The notes below the pieces were generated by a model that saw nothing but the letters and a program-made list of their open reading frames with translations, did not search any database and was not told where the DNA came from. 64,000 nt of DNA, from positions 1-64,000 of the forward strand of contig CAXXIN010000015.1 in assembly GCA_963665275.2 (NCBI GenBank), in the 5' to 3' direction. The stretch comes from Negativicutes bacterium (GTDB taxonomy: Bacteria; Bacillota; Negativicutes; UBA1444). A program made the position numbers and the translations under genes. This document shows positions 19,619 to 30,333 of this stretch, one piece after another; the first letter of the stretch is position 1; every line of letters begins with the position of its first letter.

Positions 19619-20802
19619 GGGTCCGATTCCTTCGCCGACTCCTCCCAGAAACAAGCCGGATCATCGCCCCAGATGTCGCCTTCGCCGGAAGCCCGGATAC
19701 GGCAACCGCCGCACAGGCGATTCTGCTCGCATTTGCCGCACTGGCCGTGCAACTGCTCCGGCTTGGAACGCAGGCGAGCGAGAATCCCGTCATTGGCCTC
19801 CAGGTCGTTCCATATTTCGCTGAACTTGCGTTTCCGCACATTGCCCAGGGTCAGATCACTCCAGAATTGGCAGGGATGAACATCCCCCACATAATCGACG
19901 TCCGCCATGCGATCGCCGGCCGAACAGCCGCCATGCATCTCTATTAGCTGACGCACCTCAGAGAGTCGTTCCGGATCGGTTTTGGCGATATAATCGAGCA
20001 GATACAACCCGTCCGCATGATTGTCCGTCGTCAGGATCTCGATATCGACACCACGCCGGTTGAAATCAAATGTCTTTTCAATCAGGAACTGAGCCACTTC
20101 CCTTTTTTCATCGGTGGACAGATCCAGCTTTTTCATGTCGCTGCCGCGCCCGGCGTAGACCAGATGATACATACAGAACCGATCGACTTTTTCTTGCTCG
20201 ATGAGTTCCATCACGGCAGGCAGGTCGGCTTTATTCAGGCTATTGAGGGTGAAACGGACTCCTGTGCGGTTCCCGGCGGCCTTGGCTGCCCGGATTCCGG
20301 CGATTGCCGCCGCGAAAGCGCCTTGTTCACCGCGAAATTCATCGTGGATCGCTTCACAACCGTCGATGCTGACGCCCACATACTGGAATCCGGCGTCTTT
20401 GATCATTTGGGCCGTGAAATCATCGATCAGCGTGCCGTTGGTGGATAGCACGATACGCAGTCCCTTTTCCACCGCATATGCCGCCAGTTCGAACAGATCA
20501 GGCCGCACCAGCGGTTCTCCGCCGGAAAACATCAGCACAGGAACTTTCATTTCCGCCAGGTCGTCGATGAAGGCCTTGCCCTCTTCGGTCGTCATTTCGT
20601 TTTCCTTGGCCGCCTCTGTCGCTTCGATGTAGCAATGTCGGCATTTCAGATTGCACTGCGAGGTAATGTTCCAGACTACGACAGGCGAGCGTTCGGATGA
20701 AAACTGCAATAAATTCGCCGGCATGACGCCGTGCCCCCGCCCTTGCCGCATCACGTCGGAAATGGTAGCTGTGCCGCATAATAATTTAGTGAAACCTATC
20801 AA
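19612..20802 (-). CDS. ahbC: Radical SAM/SPASM AhbC (NirJ1-like)
   Basis: MIGFTKLLCG, PVVVWN..CNLKCRHC, YHLVYAGRG, DNHADG. Confidence 0.85.
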   Translation of the reverse strand: MIGFTKLLCGTATISDVMRQGRGHGVMPANLLQFSSERSPVVVWNITSQCNLKCRHCYIEATEAAKENEMTTEEGKAFIDDLAEMKVPVLMFSGGEPLVRPDLFELAAYAVEKGLRIVLSTNGTLIDDFTAQMIKDAGFQYVGVSIDGCEAIHDEFRGEQGAFAAAIAGIRAAKAAGNRTGVRFTLNSLNKADLPAVMELIEQEKVDRFCMYHLVYAGRGSDMKKLDLSTDEKREVAQFLIEKTFDFNRRGVDIEILTTDNHADGLYLLDYIAKTDPERLSEVRQLIEMHGGCSAGDRMADVDYVGDVHPCQFWSDLTLGNVRKRKFSEIWNDLEANDGILARLRSKPEQLHGQCGKCEQNRLCGGCRIRASGEGDIWGDDPACFWEESAKESDPC

Positions 20803-20827
20803 CGATATTCCTCCCCACTATTCAACC

Positions 20828-22353
20828 CTATGACGCCAACGCCGGAAACCGTATAACGAAGGTCGTGCCGGTGTCGGGTTCACTTTGGACACTGACACTC
20901 GCGCCATGCCGCTCAACAATTTCTTTGGCGATGGACAGGCCGAGTCCAGTGCCATGATTTCCACGGGTATGTGCTTTATCCACTTTGTAAAACCGCTCCC
21001 AGATGAGAGGCAGATCCTCGGCTGGAATGCCTGCGCCCGTATCGGAAACCGTCAGAACTACCTGCTGCCCGGAATGAGTCAGCTGAACCGATATGGCGCC
21101 GTGAACCGGCGTATATTTCAACGCATTATCGAGCAAGATCAGCAATAATTGGACCAGCCGATCACCGTTGCCGCGCACGGGCGGAACGGTTGCATCATAA
21201 TGACAGGTCAGTTGAATTTCTTTTTCTGCGGCTTTGCCACGCAGCATGGAAATAACGCTGTCCGCCACTTCCGCCAACGGAATCGCTTCGAACTCCATGG
21301 GCTGTTGCTGCGCCTGTAGCCGGCTGAGGTCGAGCAGATCGCTGATGAGCCGTTCCAGGCGTTCAGTTTCGCTGACAATGAGCGCATTGAACCGCCCGAC
21401 CTGCTCGGGATCGGTGACTGTGCCGTCCCGCAGGGCCTCGGTATAGCCCCGGATAATCGTCAGGGGGGTCCTGAGTTCATGCGATACGTTGGCGACGAAA
21501 TCACGACGCAGTTTTTCCATCTGTTCCGTGCGGGCCACGAAGTTCCCCAGTTCCTGCGCCAGGGTGTTCAGCGACGCGCCCAACTGGCCGACCTCGTCTT
21601 CGGAGGTAACGCTCACCCGACTGTCGTAACGCCCCTGGGCCATGGATGCCGCGGTTTCTTCCATCTCACGCAAGGGTTGCACGATGCCCCGGGGATAGGC
21701 GACGGACGATGAACAGCGTCAGCGCCAGCGCCAGCAGGCCGATCAAGCCGACCGCCAGATAAATGCGGGTCAAGAAAGCGTTGATGCCTTGAACCGGAGC
21801 ATTCAGGATGACCGCCCCGTTGGTGACGCCGTCCTCATTTTGGATCGGCACCGCAACGATCATCATATCTTCTCCATAATAGGGGTGAAAAAACGTTCGT
21901 GTCAAGACTTCGCCGCGAAATACCGGGTCGATATCTTTCAGCAGATTGCGGACCGCAGCCGAAGAACGCATGCCTTCCCTGCGGACTGGTACCGGAAGGC
22001 GTCCCCGTTCCTTGTCCCGGTCCCGTCCGATTCGCCCAGATTCCCCCCCGCCTCGGCGTAGACATGACAATCACACGCCCGGATTCATCTACCGGCCCAG
22101 ATCCGCGCGTCCAAAAATCCATCGATTCGATCCACCAGTTCCACCAGTTCGGGCGAGGACAGTTTGCCGGTCATGAAATCATTCAACACCACCGACATCT
22201 CATAGCCTTTACCCACGAGCTCCTGCTGCTTTGGCCGCGAGAAAATACTGCCGGACCAGCGCAGATGCGCCCACGGCGAAAACCGGCACTAGGACTCAGG
22301 GACACGACGAGCATGAAACTGACGAACAGTTTAGTCTGCAATGAGTGCTTCAC
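20828..22353 (-). pseudogene. HAMP sensor histidine kinase; 5' half frameshifted, possibly sequencing error
   Basis: ANVSHELRTPL H-box and N/G boxes intact in 20828..21682. N-terminus from GTG 22353 (MKHSLQTKLF) is split over several frames. Confidence 0.8.
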
Positions 22354-23053
22354 GTATGTACCTCGAACTTGTAGCCAACACCCCAGACTGTCTTGATGTC
22401 CCAGAGAGTGTCGTCCTTGACCCCGAGTTTTTGGCGGATGCGTTTGATATGCGTATCCACGGTCCGGGTATCGCCGAAGTACTCATACCCCCAGATGGAT
22501 TCGAGCAATTGTTCGCGTGAGAATACCCGTCCCGGATGCGATGGCCATATGCCATAAAAAGTTCCATTTCCTTCGCAGTCATCTGAACGGAATTGCCGGA
22601 AGAAGTCGCCGTGTATTCCTGCCGGTTGATCAGCAGATGGGGGAATTTCAGGATTTCTCCGTCAGTCTGCCCCTCTTCCTTGCCGGGTGCACGGCGCAGC
22701 ACCGCCTTGACGCGGGCCACAACCTCACGCGGATTGAACGGCCTTGGACACATAATCATCCGCCCCCAGTTTCCAGCCCCATGATGCGGTCTTCATCTTC
22801 CATTCTGGGCCGTCAGCATGATGACCGGAACGCGTGAAAACTTGCGAACTTGCCGGCACACTTCCATCCCATCCATCACCGGCATCATGACATCCAGCAC
22901 GATCAGGTCCGGTTTCAGCTGCTGCGCTTTGAGGATCGCCTCCGCGCCGTCCGCGGCCTGCTCAACAACGAATCCTTCTTTGGTCAAATATAACTCCAGC
23001 AGCTCACGGATTTTGTCATCATCATCCGCAATCAACACAGTTTGTGTCGACAT
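22350..23053 (-). pseudogene. OmpR-family response regulator, frameshifted
   Basis: LIADDD, LDVMMP receiver; PFNPREVVARVKAVLRR; [12 protein letters not shown]-terminus, in different frames. Confidence 0.85.
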
Positions 23054-23142
23054 TTCTCACTCTCCCAGTCCTTAAGCAATCCTCTGCAAAAAAACTCCCG
23101 GAGCTTCTCCGGGAGTTTCGCCGTATACTCCGCTTCGCTATA

Positions 23143-23462
23143 TTAGATATTTTCCACGGCAGCCAACAAATCCTTCCGGGTTTTGAATCCGGTGAAGCGA
23201 TTTATTTCTTTGCCGCCCTTGAATACGATGAAAGTCGGCACTGCTTTCACATTATAGCGTGAGGTCAGAGTTGGCAATTCATCAATATTCACTTTTGCCA
23301 CGACCACTTTGTCGCCGAGCGCGGCTTCCACGCATCCACTTCCGGCGTTGCCATCTTGCAGGGTCCGCACCAGGAAGCCCAGAAGTCCACCAAAACGGGC
23401 TTTTCGGTTGCCAAGATCTTTTCGTCAAATGTATTCTCATTTCCAACATTAATTACAGCCAT
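23143..23462 (-). pseudogene. trxA: Thioredoxin, one frameshift near 23330
   Basis: VLVDFWASWCGPCK, then VAKVNIDE..VPTFIVFK.GKE in another frame. Confidence 0.85.
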
Positions 23463-23478
23463 GTTCGACACCTCTTTC

Positions 23479-23504
23479 ACATCCCCCCTCCAGGGGGGGT
23501 ATGT
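23479..23504. promoter_or_regulatory. CsoR/RcnR/CstR-type operator
   Basis: ACATCCCCCCTCCAGGGGGGGTATGT C-tract/G-tract palindrome immediately upstream of trx. Confidence 0.6.
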
Positions 23505-23599
23505 CTTAATTGTAAGAAAAATTTGCGTAAAAGTCAATCTCGATTATAATATAGGAAAATATACGCGCCAGCGTGGCAAATGGAAAGGAAGTTACAATT

Positions 23600-24161
23600 A
23601 TGGATTTGATAGAAGCCCTCGAAACGAGGCGTTCCATACGAAATTTTCAGGATCGCCCTGTCGAACGCGACGTCATTGAAAAACTCATCACACTTGCGAC
23701 GCAAGCCCCCAGTGCAATGAATTCTCAGCCTTGGGCGTTCGTCGTCATCACAGACAAAAACAAACTCCAGGAGTATTCCCACCCGGGCCAAAGAGTACCT
23801 CCTGTCCACCATGGACTCTCCATCCTCTGATGGAAAAATATCGGCCCCTCACTGTCGCGCAAAGCCTTCAATATTTTTTACAAGGCGCCGGTCGTCGTGG
23901 TGATCTATGCGAAGCCGGAAGGGCCTGCCCCGGAAGACGACACTTGTCTCGCTGCGCAGAACTTCATGCTGGCGGCTCACAACGAAGGCCTTGGCACTTG
24001 CTGGATCGGATTCTCCAAGGACCTTTTGAATTCCAGCGAATTAAAGGCCGAGCTCGGAATCCCTGACGAGTATACACGCCGCCGCTCCCATGATCCTCGG
24101 CTACCCCGCTACCGAACCGCCGGCCGTTCCGCGAAAAGATCCCGAAATATACTACCGGTGA
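23600..24161 (+). pseudogene. Nitroreductase family protein, frameshifted
   Basis: TRRSIRNF, APSAMNSQPWAF, QNFMLAAHNEGLGTCWIG over three frames. Confidence 0.85.
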
Positions 24162-24298
24162 CAGGCACCGAGATCCCTTCCATAATTTCAATATATTAGA
24201 AAAAGGGGCTGTTCACTTTATTAGTGAACAGCCCCCTTGGATTTGACGTGTCCCGCCGATCGTCGGAATCGAACCCGCGACGTATTGTAAAGAAATAA

Positions 24299-24721
24299 TC
24301 AGTTGCCTGATCCACTGCCTGTGTATATTCAGAAGTCCACCGCACAGAACAATAGCACGCTCGCCTGGGAGTGCAGTGTTAAGCCGGGTCGACTCAATCG
24401 TTCCAGATGTGACCTGATGACAAATGCCCGTTGCCTGCTTTGGAGTACAAGATTCCATGTTTATCCGCCACCATTTGCAGATATCTGTGATCGTCCGCAT
24501 TTTCAAAACCATCCTGCAAGGTATTGTGATCCACGTAGGATATGGACTGCGTTTTTACGGTCGCGACATTCATCGCTTCAAACTGCAGATACGCCATGGT
24601 TCCGAGAGCGTCCCTGCGTCAACGTCTGATCGATCCTGATCCCGACTTCGTTTCCTGCCTTCATGGTTCCATGATACTAGATGTGCAGCCGATAATTTTT
24701 GTCAAAACAAGTTTGTCCCAT
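24299..24721 (-). pseudogene. Second aconitase remnant with a large internal deletion
   Basis: N-terminal TMAYLQFEA, DHNTLQDGFENADDH, GICHQV..RPG fused directly to the C-terminal AIVLCGGLLN; paralogous to 25913..27835. Confidence 0.8.
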
Positions 24722-24733
24722 TGTTTTTCTCCT

Positions 24734-25909
24734 TTATTCAAGGGGCTCGAGGAATTCATTCGGTTCGGAACAAAACAGCTCCCCCTTCATAATTCGCCGA
24801 GCCGTCCTGTCCATACCCACACCGGCTATCCCTGCCCCATCAGCCGTCAACGTTACCCTAACTTCGACCACACCTTCCGGGTGCCCGATGCGAACGATTT
24901 TTTCCTTCACGTCCCTTGCGATGCGGGAAACTCGGTTGGGAATCGTTCCCGGCAGCAATGTGGCCGCAGCTAAGTTGTAGAGACCGCTGGCCGGGCTGGT
25001 ACGATGCAGTCGCCCCATCGATAAAACTTTGACCAGGATATCTACTTCCTCGTCTTTTATGAATTCACCTGTCGTAGTTACATAGTCTTGGGGAGGGGCT
25101 ACCATCGCAATTTTAGGCACTGCGGGAGAATTATTTTTCGCCTCCGCCGCATTTTTCGCCATGCCCGCCAGAACTGTCGTATGATCTCGAATTAAGTTTA
25201 GTTCATCCAGCAACTCTTCATTGGATGCTACCTCACAGCTGGGTTCCGTACCGGTGAGCCCCACGTCCTGGCTGGCGATATAAACGAAGGGGTTGATGAG
25301 GTCGCACAAAGTCGCGGCATAACATGCCCGGGGTGTCGCAACCGTAAATTCAGGCCCCAAAACCAAGGTCTTGCCGGTTTTTTCTCCGCCTGGATTCACG
25401 ATGGATACGCGGATCATCGCGCCGGTCTTAACGACTCCAGGCATTGCATAATCGCCTGAAACCCTTGCTTTTCCGTCGATGACCGGGATTTCCATACGCA
25501 ACATTTTCTTGATATTTGTATTATAAACCATAACGACTGCCATCTCTGCGTCAGGGTCAACCGCTACCAGTCCTTCATCAATGGCAAAAGCACCTGCCGC
25601 CGACATTAGGTTCCCGCACGTTCCCTTGTCATCGGCAACTTCCACCCCAACACCCAGTTGATAAAACGTCCAGTCAACATCAGCGCCCGGTTGCGAAGGG
25701 GGCGATATGACACAAACCTTGCTGGTGGACGAGGTTGTGCCGCCCAGCCCATTTACTTGCGAAAGGTTATAAACATCAATCCCCGTAAAAAAGATTTGCT
25801 TCATGGCGGCAAAATCCGCCGGAAGATCCCGTTTATGGAAAAACAGACCCCGGCTGGTACCGCCTCGATACACTACACACGGAACTGCTTTTTGCGACAT
25901 GGCCATCAC
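24734..25909 (-). CDS. prpF: PrpF-family (methylaconitate/methylitaconate) isomerase
   Basis: RGGTSRG, TSKV, CGN catalytic Cys, SMG.LH, RTARRIM.G. Confidence 0.88.
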   Translation of the reverse strand: MMAMSQKAVPCVVYRGGTSRGLFFHKRDLPADFAAMKQIFFTGIDVYNLSQVNGLGGTTSSTSKVCVISPPSQPGADVDWTFYQLGVGVEVADDKGTCGNLMSAAGAFAIDEGLVAVDPDAEMAVVMVYNTNIKKMLRMEIPVIDGKARVSGDYAMPGVVKTGAMIRVSIVNPGGEKTGKTLVLGPEFTVATPRACYAATLCDLINPFVYIASQDVGLTGTEPSCEVASNEELLDELNLIRDHTTVLAGMAKNAAEAKNNSPAVPKIAMVAPPQDYVTTTGEFIKDEEVDILVKVLSMGRLHRTSPASGLYNLAAATLLPGTIPNRVSRIARDVKEKIVRIGHPEGVVEVRVTLTADGAGIAGVGMDRTARRIMKGELFCSEPNEFLEPLE

Positions 25910-25912
25910 TCC

Positions 25913-27835
25913 TCATACGGTTCTGGTATAGTTGAGCAATCCACCGCACACTACGATTTCTCTTTGCCTGCTGCTTAATGGGCAGCGTACCGTAAATTCG
26001 TACTGCTGCGTTGAATTTTTGACGGTTATTCTATCGTGGGCCACTGCGCCCGGCAGGTCCTCAATGCTAAGTTCGTCGCCTGAATTTATTCTTTCATAGT
26101 CCGCATCATTGTCAAAAAAGAGTGGCACAATTCCGAAATTGACCAGATTATTCCAGTGAATTCGTTCAATACTTTTTGCAATTACCGCCTGTACACCCAG
26201 AACCATCGGACAAATTGCCGCATGTTCACGCGAAGATCCCTGCCCGTAGCTTAATCCCGCCACAATAATCGAAGATTTTCCTGCTTTTTGATTTTCCTTG
26301 CACCGCCCGGGAAAATCGGGATCAATATGATGAAAAACATATTCGCTGTACTTGGCAATATTGGAACGGTATTTCATTAGCGATCCGGCAGGCAGAATAT
26401 CATCAGTGGTGACGTTGTCGCCGACTTTAAGCACGATATTCCCCGTCAGGCTATCTGGCAATACCGGACGCGCCGGCGGCGCTCCGATGTTGGGACCACG
26501 CACAATCTCCCCTTCACCGGTAGGCTCGCAAATCATGCTGTCGTCGATACAATACACCTCTGGCAAAACAATGTCAGGATACTCTAGCCCCAGATCCCGC
26601 GGATCAGTCAACACACCCATAATTGCGGCAGCAGCAGCCGTTTCGGGACTTACCAAATAAACCCCGGCGTCTTCAGTGCCGCAACGGCCTTTGAAATTGC
26701 GATTATTGGTCCTCACCGATACTGCACCGCTCTTGGGTGACTGGCCGGAACCGAAGCAAAAACCGCAAGCAGGTTCCAAAATACGTGCCCCCGCCGCTAA
26801 AAATATATTGAGCATGCCATTGGCGGCAATCATTTGATAGACCTGTCTGGTGCCGGGAACAATGCCCAAACTGACAGTAGGCTGCACTTTACGATCCTTC
26901 AGCATATTCGCAACAATCAAGAGGTCCCGATAGGATGAGTTGGTGCAACTGCCGATGAGCACCTGATCGACCTTGATCCCGGCAGCTTCTTTAACTTTCG
27001 TAACGTTTCCGGGAGAATGAGGCAAGGCAACATTCGGCTCTATCGTTCCCAGATCAATCTCAATGGTGCGCTCATAAACGGCATCCCCATCGGCTGCAAA
27101 CTCCTGCCAATCTTGCTCGCGCTGCTGCGCAACAAAGAATATTTTCGTCATTTCATCACTGGGAAACAGGGAAGTCGTCACGCCGGTCTCCGTCCCCATA
27201 TTGGTAATCGTCGCCCTTTCAGGAACGGTAAGCGTTTTTACCCCGTCGCCACCGTATTCAATGACATAACCGACGTTGCCTTTGACACTCAGTATCCGCA
27301 ACACTTCAATCGCAATGTCTTTCGCGCTGCTCCACGGTTGCAGTTTTCCCGTGAGATTGATTCGAATGACTTTGGGATAAGTTAGATAGAACAACCCACC
27401 GCCCATGGCCACAGCCGCATCCAGCCCGCCGACGCCAATCGACAGCATTCCAACGGCGCCGCAAGTTGGCGTATGGCTATCCGTCCCCACCATTGTCCAG
27501 CCCGGTCGACTAAACCGTTCCAAATGGACTTGATGGCAAATCCCATTTCCCGCCCGGGAGAATTTAGCGCCAAATTTATTGGTAACCGACTGTAAATAAC
27601 AATGATCATCAGCATTTTCGAACCCATCCTGCAAGGTCTGATGATCGATATAGTTTACAGCCTGTTTGGTTTGGATTCTTTCCGCGCCAATCGCTTCAAA
27701 CTGTAAAAAAGCCATTGGCCCCGCTGTATCTTGCGTTAACACACAATCGATTTCGATGCCGACTTCTTCCCCGGCTATCATCGACCCACTGCCAAGGTGC
27801 GACGCAATGAGTTTATCCACAAGATTTTTCCCCAT
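25913..27835 (-). CDS. Aconitase-family [4Fe-4S] hydratase (~640 aa type)
   Basis: GICHQVH, DSHT, GSCTN, CGFC, RNFKGR, GSSREHA. Confidence 0.92.
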   Translation of the reverse strand: MGKNLVDKLIASHLGSGSMIAGEEVGIEIDCVLTQDTAGPMAFLQFEAIGAERIQTKQAVNYIDHQTLQDGFENADDHCYLQSVTNKFGAKFSRAGNGICHQVHLERFSRPGWTMVGTDSHTPTCGAVGMLSIGVGGLDAAVAMGGGLFYLTYPKVIRINLTGKLQPWSSAKDIAIEVLRILSVKGNVGYVIEYGGDGVKTLTVPERATITNMGTETGVTTSLFPSDEMTKIFFVAQQREQDWQEFAADGDAVYERTIEIDLGTIEPNVALPHSPGNVTKVKEAAGIKVDQVLIGSCTNSSYRDLLIVANMLKDRKVQPTVSLGIVPGTRQVYQMIAANGMLNIFLAAGARILEPACGFCFGSGQSPKSGAVSVRTNNRNFKGRCGTEDAGVYLVSPETAAAAAIMGVLTDPRDLGLEYPDIVLPEVYCIDDSMICEPTGEGEIVRGPNIGAPPARPVLPDSLTGNIVLKVGDNVTTDDILPAGSLMKYRSNIAKYSEYVFHHIDPDFPGRCKENQKAGKSSIIVAGLSYGQGSSREHAAICPMVLGVQAVIAKSIERIHWNNLVNFGIVPLFFDNDADYERINSGDELSIEDLPGAVAHDRITVKNSTQQYEFTVRCPLSSRQREIVVCGGLLNYTRTV

Positions 27836-27865
27836 ACCCGATGCCTCCATATCGCTTAGCATTTT

Positions 27866-29314
27866 TTATTTTGCCAACAGCGGCAGAATCAGGCTGCCCC
27901 ATGTAATATAAATAACCATTGCAGCCACCGTTAATGGCACGCCAAGTTTCAACATATCTTCACGCGTAAAATAGCCATAGTCATACACCAGAATAACTTG
28001 GGCCGATTGTTGCGGCAATAGATAGGCAGCGCGGCAAAATGCATAGGTTACCCATGCCAAAGCGACCACTTCATTGGTTCCCAATCCAGCCAGTTTGCCC
28101 AGTTCCATCGCCAGCGGCACAAACAGAACGGTTGCACCGGTATGGGAAGCAATGGCAATCCGCAGCAATACCAACACGCAGGGCAGAATGATCATGAGTC
28201 CGGTTAAACTGGTAATGCCCAGTCCGCCTATCCAACCGGCAATCAATTTCATGACTCCATGTTGGGATAATGCTGTAGCAAACGCCAGTGATATCGCAAT
28301 AACGATGAACGATCCCCAAGCAATCGATTTGCTATCTTTTTTCCAATTTCCGGCCCCTATTCCCGGCAAGTACAACGCAATCATCATCAAGAACAGCACT
28401 GCTTCTGTCGGGATATGATGAATGGTATCCGTCATCCATATGGCAATTGCGCCCAAAAATACACCAATAACGTATTTTTCCGACCATTTCATTGACCCCA
28501 GCGTCTGTATGCGCTCATCAATAAAAGCTAAAGGAATATCATCCACACTGGAGGGGAAAACCTTGCAGGCAATAAAATAAAAGGCAACCATCAGCAACAC
28601 CGCCGGGATCAGTAGATATTGCACGGTAAGTCCCCAATATTGAAGTTGACCGGTTCCTTCCGAAATCAAACGCCCAGCCAGCATTGTAGCTTCTGAAGCG
28701 GTTAAAAACGCCGCCCCCATAATCGCCGGCATAATACCGGCAATAAGAAACAGGGCTCTTTGCATGGGATTTCCGCCGGTATGTTTTCCGTTGCTGTCAA
28801 CAGGGCTGAATTTAAATGGTTTCTCCAAGCCCTCGGCAATCGAAAGATAAATAGCCGTTCGACCGGTTGACGAGGGCACCAAAAACGACAATGGGACCTC
28901 GACACAAAAAATTGAGGCTAGAAACCGTTTTGCCTTGACAGCATGACTACCGGAAATCAATTTCATCACTTTATATACCACACGCTCACTCAAGCCTGTA
29001 TTTTGGACTACGGTAGCAAATGCTGTCGCGGCCACAACCGCCAGCGGTGTTGCACTGGCAAACCCCAGTAATGCTGTTTTCATTCCCGCGTTCAAGCTTA
29101 CTTTCCCTGTCGCATTGGCCCACATCATGATGAGAAGTAACATAAAAGCTGAAATAGGATAGGAGACGGCTTCCGTCGACCAAATGACGATAATAAACAC
29201 AAGCGCTCCCATCAATCTTTGACCGGTAATGGTCAACCCAGTTGCAGGAGCGAAGTACAAGGTAATCAGTCCAGCGGCAACAGCAATCAATACATACAAT
29301 AGTTTTCTGTTCAT
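27866..29314 (-). CDS. DASS/SLC13 di-/tricarboxylate transporter
   Basis: Multi-TM; IWSTEAV, VPSSTGR, IASHTG, LGVPLT. Confidence 0.8.
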   Translation of the reverse strand: MNRKLLYVLIAVAAGLITLYFAPATGLTITGQRLMGALVFIIVIWSTEAVSYPISAFMLLLIMMWANATGKVSLNAGMKTALLGFASATPLAVVAATAFATVVQNTGLSERVVYKVMKLISGSHAVKAKRFLASIFCVEVPLSFLVPSSTGRTAIYLSIAEGLEKPFKFSPVDSNGKHTGGNPMQRALFLIAGIMPAIMGAAFLTASEATMLAGRLISEGTGQLQYWGLTVQYLLIPAVLLMVAFYFIACKVFPSSVDDIPLAFIDERIQTLGSMKWSEKYVIGVFLGAIAIWMTDTIHHIPTEAVLFLMMIALYLPGIGAGNWKKDSKSIAWGSFIVIAISLAFATALSQHGVMKLIAGWIGGLGITSLTGLMIILPCVLVLLRIAIASHTGATVLFVPLAMELGKLAGLGTNEVVALAWVTYAFCRAAYLLPQQSAQVILVYDYGYFTREDMLKLGVPLTVAAMVIYITWGSLILPLLAK

Positions 29315-29338
29315 CTAAGCGCCTCCTATTATAAGTTA

Positions 29339-30202
29339 TTATGATTTATATTTTTTATCCAGCGCATCCATGGCGGCAAAATCCGTTATTTCATTTCTTT
29401 CCTTCATCGTAATCATGAGATGCTCGCAATCTGCAGTGCTTCCATGTACCCGCAAGTGCTCCAACAAATCCTTGACGCCCTTGATCGCCGCCTTCAGTGG
29501 CGCATTGGCATAAATAGCAATTTTAAAGCCGATTTCTTCCAACTGGCTATTCGGTAAAATAGGAGTTTTCCCCCCTTCAACCATATTGGCGATATGGTAA
29601 GTTTTGATCTGACTGGTTATCGTACGCATTTGGTCAATGTTGGTCGGCGCTTCGATAAACAGAATATCCGCTCCGGCTTCGGCATAAGCTGCGCCACGAT
29701 CCAGCGCATCTTCCAATCCATTGACCGCTATCGCATCCGTCCTGGCAATCAGCATAACATCGGGATCTTGCAATGCATCTTTGGCCGCCTTGATTTTACT
29801 GACCATTTCTTCTTTACTGATAATCGCTTTTCCATTAAAATGCCCGCAGCGTTTCGGTAGTTGCTGGTCTTCCAGTTGCAATGCAGCGATCCCAACTGCG
29901 GAAAACTCTTTAACCGTTCGGTATACATTGAGCGCATTTCCATAGCCATTATCAATATCTGCAATCACAGGTAATGACGTGGCATCGTTAATGCGTTTGG
30001 CTGTTTCCAAAATCTCCGTCATGGTAGCTAGTCCGAGATCCGGAACACCGAATTGCATGTTGGCAATCCCGGCTCCTGTTGCATATACTACTTTAAAACC
30101 CATAATTTCAACCATTTTCCCCAACAACGCCGTTGAAGCGCCGGGAGCAACAAGCAGACCTTCATTTTTTAACAAGTTTCTGAGTACCGTTGATTTTTTC
30201 AT
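29339..30202 (-). CDS. Isocitrate lyase/PEP mutase family C-C lyase (PrpB/Dml-like)
   Basis: PDLGL, ADIDNGYG, EDQ..PKRCGH, IARTDA, ANMVEGGKTP. Confidence 0.9.
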   Translation of the reverse strand: MKKSTVLRNLLKNEGLLVAPGASTALLGKMVEIMGFKVVYATGAGIANMQFGVPDLGLATMTEILETAKRINDATSLPVIADIDNGYGNALNVYRTVKEFSAVGIAALQLEDQQLPKRCGHFNGKAIISKEEMVSKIKAAKDALQDPDVMLIARTDAIAVNGLEDALDRGAAYAEAGADILFIEAPTNIDQMRTITSQIKTYHIANMVEGGKTPILPNSQLEEIGFKIAIYANAPLKAAIKGVKDLLEHLRVHGSTADCEHLMITMKERNEITDFAAMDALDKKYKS

Positions 30203-30274
30203 TGGTTCGCCTCCATGATTATTTAATGCTTCTAGGTCGCCTCAAGTATAAGTCTTGATGTTCTACTCACGGAA

Positions 30275-30293
30275 GCATATAATTTCTATATGC
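30275..30293. promoter_or_regulatory. LysR-type T-N11-A box
   Basis: GCATATA-ATTTC-TATATGC palindrome between the divergent lyase and lysR genes. Confidence 0.55.
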
Positions 30294-30333
30294 GAATTAA
30301 AAATTTTCAATAATTCAATAAACGGAGAATTTA

